The notes below the pieces were generated by a model. The model saw nothing but the letters and a program-made list of their open reading frames with translations, had not been told where the DNA came from and searched no databases. Below, in pieces: positions 1 to 10,295 of a DNA stretch of 62,494 nucleotides. The position numbers and the translations under genes were made by a program. Numbering within the stretch: position 1 is the first letter of the stretch; every line of letters begins with the position of its first letter. Origin of the DNA: Muribaculaceae bacterium (GTDB lineage Bacteria; Bacteroidota; Bacteroidia; Bacteroidales; Muribaculaceae); assembly GCA_036310635.1 (NCBI GenBank), contig JAXJRL010000125.1, positions 1 to 62,494 on the forward strand. The letters run 5' to 3'.

Positions 1-3
1 AAC

Positions 4-2544
4 ATGGAGAACTTCGACCCCCTGGGCATCCACACCGGCGAGTCGATAGTGGTGGCACCCAGCCAGACACTCTCCAACGACGATTACCACTACCTGCGCT
101 CGCTGGCCATCAAGATCATCCGCCACATAGGCATCGTGGGCGAGTGCAACGTGCAGTATGCCTACGATCCCGCCTCTATGGACTACCGCGTCATCGAGGT
201 CAACGCCCGCCTCAGCCGCTCGTCGGCACTGGCTTCGAAGGCCACCGGCTATCCCCTGGCATTCGTGGCCGCCAAGCTGGGCCTGGGCTACGGCCTGTTC
301 GAGCTCCGCAACTCCGTGACCCACGACACCTCCGCGTTCTTCGAGCCCGCGCTTGACTACGTGGTTGTCAAGATTCCCCGCTGGGACCTGGGCAAATTCC
401 ACGGCGTGAACCGCGAGATCGGCTCGTCCATGAAGTCAGTGGGCGAGGTTATGGCCATAGGCCGCACCTTCGAGGAAGCCATCCAGAAGGGCCTGCGCAT
501 GATTGGCCAGGGCATGCACGGCTTCGTGGAGAACAAAGACCTGAAAATCAAAGAAAACGAGATAGACCGCGCGCTGAGCGCTCCCACCGACAAGCGCATC
601 TTCGTGATCGCCGCCGCCATGGCCCACGGCTACACCGTGGACCGCATCCACGAGCTCACCAAGATTGACCGCTGGTTCCTCTACAAGCTGCAGAACATCA
701 TGAACACCGCAGCCGAGCTCGAGAGCTTCAGCAAGCTCGAAGACCTGCCCGCAGCCCTCATTCGCGAGGCCAAACAGCAGGGATTCAGCGACTTCCAGAT
801 AGCACGCTCGGTTCTGAAGTCGAACCTTGAGAGCGGCCACAAGGCCATGCTCGAGGTGCGCCGCATGCGCCGCTCGCTCGGCATCCTGCCCGTGGTGAAG
901 CAGATTGACACCCTCGCCGCCGAATATCCCGCACGCACCAACTACCTCTACCTCACATACAACGGCTCCGAAAACGACATCGCCTACGAGGGCGACCACC
1001 GCTCGGTGGTGGTGCTCGGTTCAGGCGCATACCGCATCGGCTCGTCCGTAGAGTTCGACTGGTGCTCGGTCAACGCGCTGCTCACAGTGCGCAACCAGGG
1101 CTGGCGTCCGGTCATGATCAACTATAACCCCGAGACCGTGTCGACCGACTACGACATGTGCGACCGCCTCTACTTCGACGAGCTCACATTCGAGCGCGTG
1201 ATGGATATTCTGGACCTGGAACAGCCCCACGGCACCATCCTGAGCGTGGGCGGCCAGATCCCCAACAACCTCGCCACCAAGCTCGACGACGAGGGCGTGA
1301 ACATTCTCGGCACCTCGGCCGAGTGCATTGACAACGCCGAAGACCGCCACCGCTTCTCGGCCATGCTCGACACTCTGGGCATCGACCAGCCCCGCTGGCG
1401 CGAGCTCACCAGCATGTCGGACATCGACAAGTTCATCGACGAAGTGGGCTTCCCCGTGCTGGTGCGTCCCAGCTACGTGCTGTCAGGCGCCGCCATGAAC
1501 GTGTGCTCCAACCCCGAGGAGCTCACCCGCTTCCTCAAGCTGGCCGCGAACGTCTCCAAAGACCACCCCGTGGTGGTGACCGAGTTCATCCAGAACGCCA
1601 AGGAGATAGAGATGGACGCCGTGGCACAGAACGGCGAGATTGTGGCCTACGCCATCAGCGAGCACATCGAGTTTGCCGGCGTACACTCCGGCGACGCCAC
1701 CATCCAGTTCCCGCCCCAGAAGCTCTATGTGGAGACCATGCGCCGCATCAAGAAGGTGTCGTCGCAGATTGCCAAGGCCCTGAAAATCACCGGCCCGTTC
1801 AACATCCAGTACCTGGCCAAGAACAACGACATCAAGGTGATAGAATGTAACCTGCGCGCATCGCGCTCGTTCCCCTTCGTGTCGAAAGTACTGAAAATCA
1901 ACTTCATCGACCTGGCCACACGCGCCATGCTCGGCGAAAAGGTGGAGAAACCCGCCAAGAGCGCCTTCGACCTCGACTACGTGGGCATCAAGGCATCGCA
2001 GTTCTCGTTCAGCCGCCTGCAGGGCGCCGACCCCGTGCTGGGCGTGGACATGTCCTCGACCGGCGAGGTGGGCTGCCTGGGCGTTGACACCAACGAGGCC
2101 ATCCTCAAGTCGATGATAGCAGTGGGCCAGCGCGTGCCCAAGCGCTCCGTGCTGATGTCTACCGGCGGCGCACGCCAGAAGGTGACCATGCTCGACGCCG
2201 CCCACAAGCTGCACAACCACGGCTACACCATCTATGCCACCACCGGCACCCACCAGTACCTCAGCGAGAACGGCATCCCCTCCATCCGCGTGTACTGGCC
2301 CTCGCAGCCCGAGATGCAGCCCCAGGCCATCGACCTACTGCACAACCACAAGATAGACATGGTGGTGAACATACCCAAGAACCTGTCGTCAACCGAGCTC
2401 TCCAACGGCTACAAGATTCGCCGCGCCGCCATCGACCTTAACATTCCCCTGATCACCAACGCGCGTCTGGCGTCGGCCTTCATCGAGGCCTTCACCACCC
2501 TCTCGCTCGACGACATCGAGATTCGCTCCTGGGACGAATATTAA
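4..2544 (+). CDS. carB: Carbamoyl-phosphate synthase large subunit (5' end lies before the window)
   Basis: ENFDPLGIHTGES, IEVNARLSRSSALASKATGYPLA, GSGAYRIGSSVEFDW, RPSYVLSG motifs; C-terminal MGS-like domain. Confidence 0.97.
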   Translation: MENFDPLGIHTGESIVVAPSQTLSNDDYHYLRSLAIKIIRHIGIVGECNVQYAYDPASMDYRVIEVNARLSRSSALASKATGYPLAFVAAKLGLGYGLFELRNSVTHDTSAFFEPALDYVVVKIPRWDLGKFHGVNREIGSSMKSVGEVMAIGRTFEEAIQKGLRMIGQGMHGFVENKDLKIKENEIDRALSAPTDKRIFVIAAAMAHGYTVDRIHELTKIDRWFLYKLQNIMNTAAELESFSKLEDLPAALIREAKQQGFSDFQIARSVLKSNLESGHKAMLEVRRMRRSLGILPVVKQIDTLAAEYPARTNYLYLTYNGSENDIAYEGDHRSVVVLGSGAYRIGSSVEFDWCSVNALLTVRNQGWRPVMINYNPETVSTDYDMCDRLYFDELTFERVMDILDLEQPHGTILSVGGQIPNNLATKLDDEGVNILGTSAECIDNAEDRHRFSAMLDTLGIDQPRWRELTSMSDIDKFIDEVGFPVLVRPSYVLSGAAMNVCSNPEELTRFLKLAANVSKDHPVVVTEFIQNAKEIEMDAVAQNGEIVAYAISEHIEFAGVHSGDATIQFPPQKLYVETMRRIKKVSSQIAKALKITGPFNIQYLAKNNDIKVIECNLRASRSFPFVSKVLKINFIDLATRAMLGEKVEKPAKSAFDLDYVGIKASQFSFSRLQGADPVLGVDMSSTGEVGCLGVDTNEAILKSMIAVGQRVPKRSVLMSTGGARQKVTMLDAAHKLHNHGYTIYATTGTHQYLSENGIPSIRVYWPSQPEMQPQAIDLLHNHKIDMVVNIPKNLSSTELSNGYKIRRAAIDLNIPLITNARLASAFIEAFTTLSLDDIEIRSWDEY

Positions 2545-2577
2545 GCCCCGCGACAAACAATCCGATTAACGCAATAA

Positions 2578-2621
2578 CAGAAGCCACGGCTGCCGCACTG
2601 AGCGACACGCCGTGGCTTCTG
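2578..2621. terminator. Stem-loop after carB
   Basis: 13-bp inverted repeat CAGAAGCCACGGC / GCCGTGGCTTCTG between convergent genes. Confidence 0.65.
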
Positions 2622-2730
2622 CCATTTCCGCACTTCAATGTCTTCCATGACCTGTAATATGCCATCAGCACAATGGACAGAGATATGCCATCGGCACAAT
2701 AGGCCGGCCATGCAGCAGGGATAAAAAGCT

Positions 2731-2767
2731 ACAGCCACGGTTGCCCGCGAAGGGCAGCCGTGGCTGT
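2731..2767. terminator. Stem-loop after the amidase gene
   Basis: ACAGCCACGGTTGCCC-gcgaa-GGGCAGCCGTGGCTGT; the A-run to its left reads as a U-tract on the minus strand. Confidence 0.65.
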
Positions 2768-2798
2768 GCATTATTCAGAGGGTTTTACCTTCGGAGGC

Positions 2799-5700
2799 TT
2801 ACTTCACCACTACCTTGGTGGCGGTGTTGCCCTGACGGCGGATGTAGAGGCCGGGTGCCATGTTGTCGGCGCCGACTTCCACACCGTTCAGGTTGTAGAA
2901 GCGTACGGGAGCGTTGCTGTCCTCAGCGGCGTCGATGATGTCGTCAACACCGAGAGCGGTGCCGTTGACCACGTACTCGGCCTTGGCGGGAGTAACAGCC
3001 TGGGCGGCCTCGCGGGGCAGAGCGTAAACGCGCATGCTCGAGCGGTTGGCCAGGAACAGGTTGCCGGCGGGGTCGAATGTGATCTGATAAGAGTTCAGGT
3101 CGCTGCCCTTGCCGTTGAGAGCGTCAAACTTGTACTGCTCGGCGATGCCGAAGTTGTCGCCCCAGGTGAGACCGTAAACGTGGAGCTTGCCCGATGCATC
3201 CTGGTGAACGAGGGTCTTGCCGTCGGCGGTGATGCCGGTGGCGCCAACAGAGCCGTCGAGCTCTTCAAGGTCGGCACCTGAGTTCATGAGGATGTTGCCC
3301 TCACGGTCGGTGACCATGAATGCGGGAACGCCCTTGGCATTGTTGCCCGAGCCGCGAACCTGGTTGAGAACCATGCCCTGCTCGCGAACGAGAACGTCAA
3401 CGTTGCCGTTGATCAGGTAGCCCGACAGGGTCTTGAACTGCTCTGACTGGGTGGGCTGGAAGTCGATGAGTTCCTTTTCGCCCAGGTCGTAGGTTACGAG
3501 GTTGAGCTGGTAGTCGGTGGGCCAGTCCTCCTGGAAAGAGACGAGCTTGGTGTCGGCACCGGAGCCAACCACGGCCACACCAGAGGTGGAACCGCCTAAG
3601 GTCTTGCCGTCGAGGATCCATTCACCGCTTGACGATTTGATGGTGCCGGCGAAGAAGTTGTCAGCCTTGTCCTGCTCCTCGTTCCAGAGGTACATGCCGC
3701 CGTGCTTGTCGCCCCAGTCGGTCATGATCACCTTGCCGGTGGGAAGAACGGCCAGACGCCAGGGAGAAGCGCCGACGCCGGTGTCCCATACGCCAGCGGC
3801 GTGGAGACCGCCTACGGCTGAGAAGTCGGGATTGAACACGCGGAGACCGCGGCCACCGTCACCGGCCTTCTGCGAAACGTAGATGCGGCCGTAGTTGGGG
3901 CTTTCGGCATTGAGGTCGATGGCAACGCCCGACGATGAAACGCCCGAGTCGAACTGGGTGGTTACGCGCGGAACGGCGGGGTTGTCAACAACCACGCTCC
4001 AGGTGTAGTTGCCCGAGAGTTCGGAGAGGTCATATTCGGCGGTGTTCTCGCCCTTTTCGTAGCTGCCGTTGCAGATGTTCAGCTTCTGGCCGGCTGCGTT
4101 GTCGGCAGTGGGAACCAGCTCGATGTGAGCGTTGGCGGCATCGGTGAGCGAGAAGGTGAAGGTGTACTTGCCGGCATCGGCAGCGCCCTTCAGGCCGTAT
4201 GCCCAGTTGGCCGAAGCCTTGGGCTGCTCGGTGCCAGAAGTGGTGAAGCGGGTGAACTTGTTGCCGCGTACGGTGTAGAGGTCGATGTTGGCATCGGTGA
4301 TCTCGTCGTCGGTGTTGCGGGTAACCACGGTGCGGCCGGCGGTTGCGGCTACAGCGTCAGTTGCCTCCATGGCGGTGTTCGAGGTGGCGATGTCCTTCAT
4401 GGAGAGGAGGCCGTTGGTGATGTCAACGAGGCGAACGCCCTGCTGCTTGCCGTCGGCGGCCACGTCAGAGAGAACAGCCATCGAGTGACCGGCGTGCTTG
4501 AAGTAGCCCTCGTGCTCGGAAGCCACGGGGATGTTGCCGGCCACAGCCACAGGCTCGTAACCCTCGATCTTGAACTGGGCGGGCTCGGTGTTGGGGCTGT
4601 TAACGATGAACGAGGTGTTGTCGTTGGGTGCGATGGTGACGGTCACATCATTGCCGAGGAAGTTGTTAATGTGCATCTTGTCGCGAGTCTTGTTCTCATG
4701 GGCCTCTGACACCTTTTCGCCGTCAGCCACATAGAGCATGTTGAGCCACATGTTGCCGCCGTAGTCATAGTAAGCGGAGTAAGAGGGGATGACCACAGTG
4801 CCGTTTTCGGTGGTGCCGGTGTAGGCAAGGGTGAAACCGGTCACGGCGCGATAGAGGTTGGCAGTCTTTGAGGTGGTGAGCCAAACAGAGGGCTTGCCTG
4901 TGGGAACGCCATTGTCGTCGTTGGTCCAGCGGTAGATGTTGCAGACGCCGAAGGTTTCGCCTTCACGCACATAGTCCTCTCCGGCCTGGTTTACGAGCTG
5001 GCAGAGCTCGGCTGCAGAACCGATCAGCACATTGTCGGCGGTGAGGGCGATGTCGGCCAGGGGCGAGGCGGTGCCTTCGCAACCCTCGGTCGAGAGGGTG
5101 CTCTTCACAGCGAGAGTGGTAGCGTCGAGAACCATCACAACGGGGTTCTGGCCGTGGTTACGGCTCTTGGGATCGGCAATGGGATCGTGGGCGAGCACAT
5201 AGAGGTTGTCGCCGCGGGCAATGAGGCGCTTAACGTGCTTGCCTTCCAGCTCGGGCACGGTGGTCTCTACTGCTACGGTCATGTTGTACTCCTCGGCAGC
5301 CTTGAAGAGGGGAGTGTTCACCTCGTCGGGATAGTCGGTATAGACCACGGCAGGGGGCTCGTAAGCCACGTTCTCAAGGTAAACCTTGGGATATACGGTG
5401 GTGGCCTCCTTCACTTCGAAGGGACCGGCATACTGCACGTCCATGGCCTTGTAGCCTTCAGCCGAAGCCTCGACGGTGTATTTGCCGGGCTTGAGGTACT
5501 TGAAGACGAAAGCGCCGTTCCACTCGTTGTCGGTGGTGTACTCACCGGCCACGTTGCCGGCCTCGTCCTTTAGCACCACCTTCACGCCGTTCAGGGGCAT
5601 GAGGGCGTCGGCCGAGTTGCCGGGGCAGGTATAATATTTGTGTTTCAGGCGCTCGTGAGCGTCGCGGACAATGCCGTAGATTTCGCCGGTCTTGTCCTTG

Positions 5701-6539
5701 GCAACGCCGAAGTAGTCGCAGAAGCCGCGTGCGTAGGCGGTGCCCTCGATGAAGTCAACATCGGGGTTCATGGCGCGGTGGCGTGCGGGCTGGTAAGTGT
5801 GGAAGTAACCCTCGCAGAGGAAACCGGGCACGGTGTGGCGGAGCACAGCGTAGTAGCCCTTAACCACGTTACCGTTGGGATGGGTGGTGATCACGTGGTC
5901 ACCGCTCCAGAAGTCGATATCGTAGTAAACGGCGGGGTTGGTCATGGAGTAGTTGCTCCAGCACTGGTGGGTGTTTGAGAAGGCGTAGGGCCAAACAGCC
6001 TTACAGCCCTCCACGGATCCGGGCACGGACTGGGTCTTGTTCTCGCCGCGAACAAAGAGGGCGGGATAGTTGGTGGAAGCGCCGTCGGTGTGTGCGTTGG
6101 AGTGGATAGAGATGAAGTAGTCAAAGTTGTTCATCTCCACCTCTTCGGCAATCTCGTTGATGCTGCGGCTCTCGCCGAGCTTCACATGGCTCATCACCAG
6201 GCCCTGGTTTTTGAGGTCGCGGGCAGCGCCGTAGCGCCACAGCACGTCCTCGGCGCCTTCGGGCTTCTGGTTGAGAGTGGGGTCATACTTGAAGCCCTGC
6301 TCGTAGAGGCGCTGGAGCATGGCCAGACCCTTCCAGAGGTTGGTGTTCGACTCGTAGAAACCGCAGGTGTCGGTGTAGTCGGCATCGCCGTGGCCGATGG
6401 TGCCCATGTGGCGGTCACCACCTGCCCAGCCGCCGTGACCGGGGTTGATGTAGATGCGGAGGTCCTCAACATTCTTGGCGCTCAAAGCACCGACGCCGGC
6501 CACCATGGCGGCAGCGGCAAGGATTAGATACTTCTTCAT
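2799..6539 (-). CDS. T9SS-secreted N-acetylmuramoyl-L-alanine amidase (Amidase_3-like) with carboxypeptidase-regulatory-like and beta-rich domains
   Basis: Signal peptide; Zn-amidase motifs IYINPGHGG, ESNTNL, FISIHSNA, FLCEGYFH; C-terminal T9SS-type CTD (FYNLNG...PGLYIRRQGNTATKVVVK). Confidence 0.8.
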   Translation of the reverse strand: MKKYLILAAAAMVAGVGALSAKNVEDLRIYINPGHGGWAGGDRHMGTIGHGDADYTDTCGFYESNTNLWKGLAMLQRLYEQGFKYDPTLNQKPEGAEDVLWRYGAARDLKNQGLVMSHVKLGESRSINEIAEEVEMNNFDYFISIHSNAHTDGASTNYPALFVRGENKTQSVPGSVEGCKAVWPYAFSNTHQCWSNYSMTNPAVYYDIDFWSGDHVITTHPNGNVVKGYYAVLRHTVPGFLCEGYFHTYQPARHRAMNPDVDFIEGTAYARGFCDYFGVAKDKTGEIYGIVRDAHERLKHKYYTCPGNSADALMPLNGVKVVLKDEAGNVAGEYTTDNEWNGAFVFKYLKPGKYTVEASAEGYKAMDVQYAGPFEVKEATTVYPKVYLENVAYEPPAVVYTDYPDEVNTPLFKAAEEYNMTVAVETTVPELEGKHVKRLIARGDNLYVLAHDPIADPKSRNHGQNPVVMVLDATTLAVKSTLSTEGCEGTASPLADIALTADNVLIGSAAELCQLVNQAGEDYVREGETFGVCNIYRWTNDDNGVPTGKPSVWLTTSKTANLYRAVTGFTLAYTGTTENGTVVIPSYSAYYDYGGNMWLNMLYVADGEKVSEAHENKTRDKMHINNFLGNDVTVTIAPNDNTSFIVNSPNTEPAQFKIEGYEPVAVAGNIPVASEHEGYFKHAGHSMAVLSDVAADGKQQGVRLVDITNGLLSMKDIATSNTAMEATDAVAATAGRTVVTRNTDDEITDANIDLYTVRGNKFTRFTTSGTEQPKASANWAYGLKGAADAGKYTFTFSLTDAANAHIELVPTADNAAGQKLNICNGSYEKGENTAEYDLSELSGNYTWSVVVDNPAVPRVTTQFDSGVSSSGVAIDLNAESPNYGRIYVSQKAGDGGRGLRVFNPDFSAVGGLHAAGVWDTGVGASPWRLAVLPTGKVIMTDWGDKHGGMYLWNEEQDKADNFFAGTIKSSSGEWILDGKTLGGSTSGVAVVGSGADTKLVSFQEDWPTDYQLNLVTYDLGEKELIDFQPTQSEQFKTLSGYLINGNVDVLVREQGMVLNQVRGSGNNAKGVPAFMVTDREGNILMNSGADLEELDGSVGATGITADGKTLVHQDASGKLHVYGLTWGDNFGIAEQYKFDALNGKGSDLNSYQITFDPAGNLFLANRSSMRVYALPREAAQAVTPAKAEYVVNGTALGVDDIIDAAEDSNAPVRFYNLNGVEVGADNMAPGLYIRRQGNTATKVVVK

Positions 6540-6550
6540 GGCGTGCGGTT

Positions 6551-7450
6551 TTATTTGAGGTTGATGATGTAGAGGGCGCCCTCGTTGTCGGTGAAGGCAA
6601 TGCGGCCGTTGGCGGCGCTGGGGAAGAGAGCCACCTGGTCGGCGGTGGTGAGACGCTGGTTCACAGAGCCGTCAGCCTTGACGGCGATTACGGCCGATTC
6701 AACGGTAACGTAGCCGTTGTCCTTGTCGTCCATGGCCACAACGATGTTGTTGTCGAGCCAGCGGGGAGCGCGGAGCATGCCGAGGCTCTTGAGGTCGGAG
6801 CCGTCGAGGTTGCAGGTGTAGGCACCGCAGCCCACAGCATAGAAGCAGATGCGCTTTCCGTCGGGCGAGAGGCTGGGCCACAGGTAGGAGTTGGCCTTGT
6901 CGCCGAGGGGGTTGAGCACGGTGGTCTTGCCGGCGGCGGTCACGCAGAGGTCGCCGCGGTTGATTGAGAGCACGGGGAGGACGGCCTGGGGCTCCACGTC
7001 GGAGAGACGCTTGGCCTTGGCCTTGCCGGCATTTACAGCCACGGCATCGGCACCGGTGAAGCCCATGCCCTGCACTTCGCGCGAGGGCTCGGCCACGGTG
7101 GCAACGGCGCCATTGGCGGCGTTGAAGGTTTTAACGGCGGTGAAACGACGGTGGTTGGCGTCGACCGAGCTTTCGCGGAACATCACCTTCGAGCCGTCAG
7201 CTGTGAACTGCAGGTTGGAGATGGATCCGTTTTCGCTGATGGGCAAAGCCTGGGCGGTGGCGAGGTTGAGCATGGCGATTCCGTTGCCGGTGGTGATCAC
7301 GGCATTGCTGCCGTCGGGGCTCAGGACAGCCTGAACCACACGCACCCCTTCGGGAAGGGCCACCTTCTCCACGCCGGCCACTTCAACCAGCTGAGCGCTT
7401 GCGGACAGGAAGCCGCCGAGCGCCAGAACAGTCAGTAAAGACTTTTTCAT
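6551..7450 (-). CDS. Exported TolB-like/PD40 beta-propeller protein
   Basis: Signal peptide; LSPDG and WPSLSPDGKRI repeats; ends 11 bp before the amidase start. Confidence 0.75.
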   Translation of the reverse strand: MKKSLLTVLALGGFLSASAQLVEVAGVEKVALPEGVRVVQAVLSPDGSNAVITTGNGIAMLNLATAQALPISENGSISNLQFTADGSKVMFRESSVDANHRRFTAVKTFNAANGAVATVAEPSREVQGMGFTGADAVAVNAGKAKAKRLSDVEPQAVLPVLSINRGDLCVTAAGKTTVLNPLGDKANSYLWPSLSPDGKRICFYAVGCGAYTCNLDGSDLKSLGMLRAPRWLDNNIVVAMDDKDNGYVTVESAVIAVKADGSVNQRLTTADQVALFPSAANGRIAFTDNEGALYIINLK

Positions 7451-7814
7451 GGGATAGATGATTTTAATTGATTAATATTAGGGGAATTACGCTAAATTCA
7501 AGATTGCAGCCCCTGCTCTGACGGGCTGATTTCACGGTATGGTGTTCAAAATTACGCATTTTAGGCCGAAAATCGCTGTTAAAGAACATTAAATCCACGG
7601 CAAATCCCATTGTATGCACCGATGCCCCGGGTCTTAACAATTGTTGAGAGAATGAGGCGTTTGGGCGAATTTTGATTAAATTATCATAAAACACGGTTGG
7701 CGAGGCGGGGTAAGTGGGCCAGTTTTGTTAAATTTGTAGGCGAAGCCGCCAAAAGGCCCGCCGCACCGCAGGCCGCAAAGCCGCAAATTTCCAACCGCAA
7801 CACCCCGAATAACC

Positions 7815-8303
7815 ATGGTTTACATTGTTCTCTCAAGCATGATGATAGCCGTCACCGCACTGGCAGTGTTCATGCCCCGCATTCCCGCCTCACTGTTCAG
7901 CTACTGCGCCATGTGGATGGCCCTTGCCGGCGGCGTGGCCTTCTTCAGCGCCGAGACCATGGTGTTCTGGGGAGTGGCAACCATTCTGACGCTCGGCATC
8001 AACTGGATGCTGCCACGCCACATCTGGCGCTCCACCGTCGGACTGCCCTTCATGGCTGTGGGAGGCCTGGCAGGCATGGCTGTGGGCGCGGTGCTCAACA
8101 CCATGGCGGCTATAATTCTGGGAACGGCACTGGGCTGCCTGTTCGGCGCCGTGGCTTTCGCCAACACCGGCGCCGGCCGAGCCGTGATGACCTTCCCGAG
8201 CAAACCTTTCTTCAACTATCTCGCCGCCAAGGGGCTGCCGATAGTCGTAGCGCTGTCTATGGCCGGAGCCGTACTGGTGCAATTCGTACAAAGCCAATCA
8301 TGA
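7815..8303 (+). CDS. Membrane protein, DUF456-like
   Basis: Hydrophobic 162-aa ORF with GGLAGMAVG glycine-rich helices; TAAATTTG -7 box upstream. Confidence 0.6.
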   Translation: MVYIVLSSMMIAVTALAVFMPRIPASLFSYCAMWMALAGGVAFFSAETMVFWGVATILTLGINWMLPRHIWRSTVGLPFMAVGGLAGMAVGAVLNTMAAIILGTALGCLFGAVAFANTGAGRAVMTFPSKPFFNYLAAKGLPIVVALSMAGAVLVQFVQSQS

Positions 8304-9019
8304 GGATCCTAAGCCGCATACTCACAACAGCCGCCATAGCCCTGATGGGCGCTGTCAGCGTGCAAGCGCAGGCAATCAAGCCGGAACATCCGGACATGGC
8401 GAAGATCAAGACCGAATCAACCAACCCCAAGTCGAAATACTACTATCCCCGCCTGCTCAAGATGTTTATGAGCAACGACACGGTGATGACCACCGAGGAC
8501 TACAAGTATTTCTACTACGGAACCATGTTCCAGGAGGACTACAATCCATACCGCCCCTACGCTTTCTCCGACGAGCTGAAGCGCACACAGCCCCTCTACT
8601 TCAAGCAGGAGAACCTGACCCGCGCCGAGCGCAGCCAGATCGAGACCCTCGCCAAGAAATCGCTCGAGGACAACCCGCTCGACCTGTCGCAGCTCATGTA
8701 CCGCGTGTATGTCTACGAGAAGAACCAGAAGTTCAACCTTGCCAAAATCTGGAAGCACAAGCTGGACCGCCTGCTGCTCACCATCGCCAACTCCGGAACG
8801 GGCGAGGACCAGGAGCACGCATGGGTGGTGGCCTACCCCTCGCACGAGTTCGAGTTCTTCAACATCTCGGGCGGCAGCGTCAAGGACCGCGAGTTCATGC
8901 CTCCCTACTATGAGAAGCTGACGGTGCTCAACAAGAAGGGCGACAAGACCTCGGAGCATTATTTCAACCTCCATCACCTGCTGGAGCAGTACTACATGAA
9001 GCACCCGGAGGAGAAGTAA
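8300..9019 (+). CDS. Exported protein, DUF4919-like
   Basis: True start ATG at 8300 (ATGA overlap with the upstream stop); signal peptide; YYPRLL, YFYYG..FQEDYNPY, SGTG motifs. Confidence 0.7.
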   Translation: MRILSRILTTAAIALMGAVSVQAQAIKPEHPDMAKIKTESTNPKSKYYYPRLLKMFMSNDTVMTTEDYKYFYYGTMFQEDYNPYRPYAFSDELKRTQPLYFKQENLTRAERSQIETLAKKSLEDNPLDLSQLMYRVYVYEKNQKFNLAKIWKHKLDRLLLTIANSGTGEDQEHAWVVAYPSHEFEFFNISGGSVKDREFMPPYYEKLTVLNKKGDKTSEHYFNLHHLLEQYYMKHPEEK

Positions 9020-9100
9020 GCGTCCCTACCGGTTTAGCCGACGATAGTCGCGTGTTATTGCGGACGCTCTGACCGAGCGACCATACATTTTATGATATAA

Positions 9101-9139
9101 GAAAAGCCACGGTGCCGACTTGCGGCGCCGTGGCTTTTC
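9101..9139. terminator. Bidirectional terminator
   Basis: GAAAAGCCACGGTGCCG-acttg-CGGCGCCGTGGCTTTTC between convergent genes. Confidence 0.75.
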
Positions 9140-9169
9140 GCTGTTATGAGGAGGGGATATGTGTTTTCT

Positions 9170-10024
9170 TTACCAGACGAAGGTGGTGAAATCGGTCGAC
9201 GAGGTTGTGGGCGAGGTCACCTCGGTGGCTATCAGGCGTGTGGGCTGGCCCTTGGCGTTGAGTTCCCAGTCGAAGGTGGTGTAGTAGTTGGCGGTGCCCA
9301 CCTTCTCCATGCGTGCGGGAAGCGATGCAGTGGCCTTGCCGAGCAGACCGGCATAGTAGGCGGCGCCCATTTCGTCCATGTCGATGCCGAAGCACTCGTC
9401 GAAGAGCATCAGGTTGCCCTTGTTGGCGATGGGTTTTTCGCCGTAGGTCACGTGGTAGGTGGCGTTCTCGGCAGGTAATGCCATGTTGACCACGGTTACG
9501 TTTGAGATGTTCATTCCGGTGTACTCAATGTCGGTGGTCTCGTACTGGCCGGCAACGGCGCCCTCGGAGCGGCGGAGCTGCTTGAGCTGGCCGTCGGCGG
9601 TGTAGGCGAAGTACCATTCCTCGGCGGGCTCGGTGGGATCCACCTTGCCGTTCTCGTAGAATGTCTGATGGGCATATTCGGCATAGCCCTGCGCATTGGT
9701 GCGCACTTCGAGCTGCGACTCAAGCTTGCCCTTGTCAGTGATGGTGATGATCACGTCGGGATCGGTGGGCGCCTTGTCGGCATCGGCGATGTAGTCGAAT
9801 TTGGTCACTTCGCCGTCGGCGTCGGTAACCTGGAGCACGCGGCCCTTGGTGTCGGTGGCGATGGTGGCGCCGTCAACCACGCGGGGAAGACCGTTGGGAA
9901 ATATTTCAGTGATATCGCCTCCGGGCGGGAGGTCGGGACCGTTGTCATCGTCGCTGCAGGATGTGAATCCGGCACAAAGGGCAATGGCAGCTGCTGCCAG
10001 AGGGAGTTTGTTGAGATAGTTCAT
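9170..10024 (-). CDS. Surface lipoprotein, DUF4595-like
   Basis: Lipobox FTSC followed by acidic SDDDNG export signal; YYAGLLGKAT..LP motif. Confidence 0.65.
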   Translation of the reverse strand: MNYLNKLPLAAAAIALCAGFTSCSDDDNGPDLPPGGDITEIFPNGLPRVVDGATIATDTKGRVLQVTDADGEVTKFDYIADADKAPTDPDVIITITDKGKLESQLEVRTNAQGYAEYAHQTFYENGKVDPTEPAEEWYFAYTADGQLKQLRRSEGAVAGQYETTDIEYTGMNISNVTVVNMALPAENATYHVTYGEKPIANKGNLMLFDECFGIDMDEMGAAYYAGLLGKATASLPARMEKVGTANYYTTFDWELNAKGQPTRLIATEVTSPTTSSTDFTTFVW

Positions 10025-10295
10025 AGTTGGGATTGTGTAAATGTGGTTATGTTATGTCAGTGAACATTAATAACAACAAGCGCACAGGCGAAAAGTTCTG
10101 CGGATGCGGCATGAACAAAGGCGGCGGCGCAGGCGTTAAAGGGATATGTTCGGCGAAACGAACCAAGGACTGACACTAACTTTTTCCCGCTTTTTCCGAC
10201 AGGAAAATCATTCTAATACTCTGTAAACACGCAGCGCCCGAGCCTGTTGGCCCGGGCGCTTGCTTATTTTGGACGGATTGTTGGCGTTTCGACGG

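Noticed and set aside
7697..8299. N-terminal extension of the 440-aa ORF 7697..9019
   Set aside because: Overlaps the DUF456-like gene in another frame; the signal-peptide start is ATG 8300.
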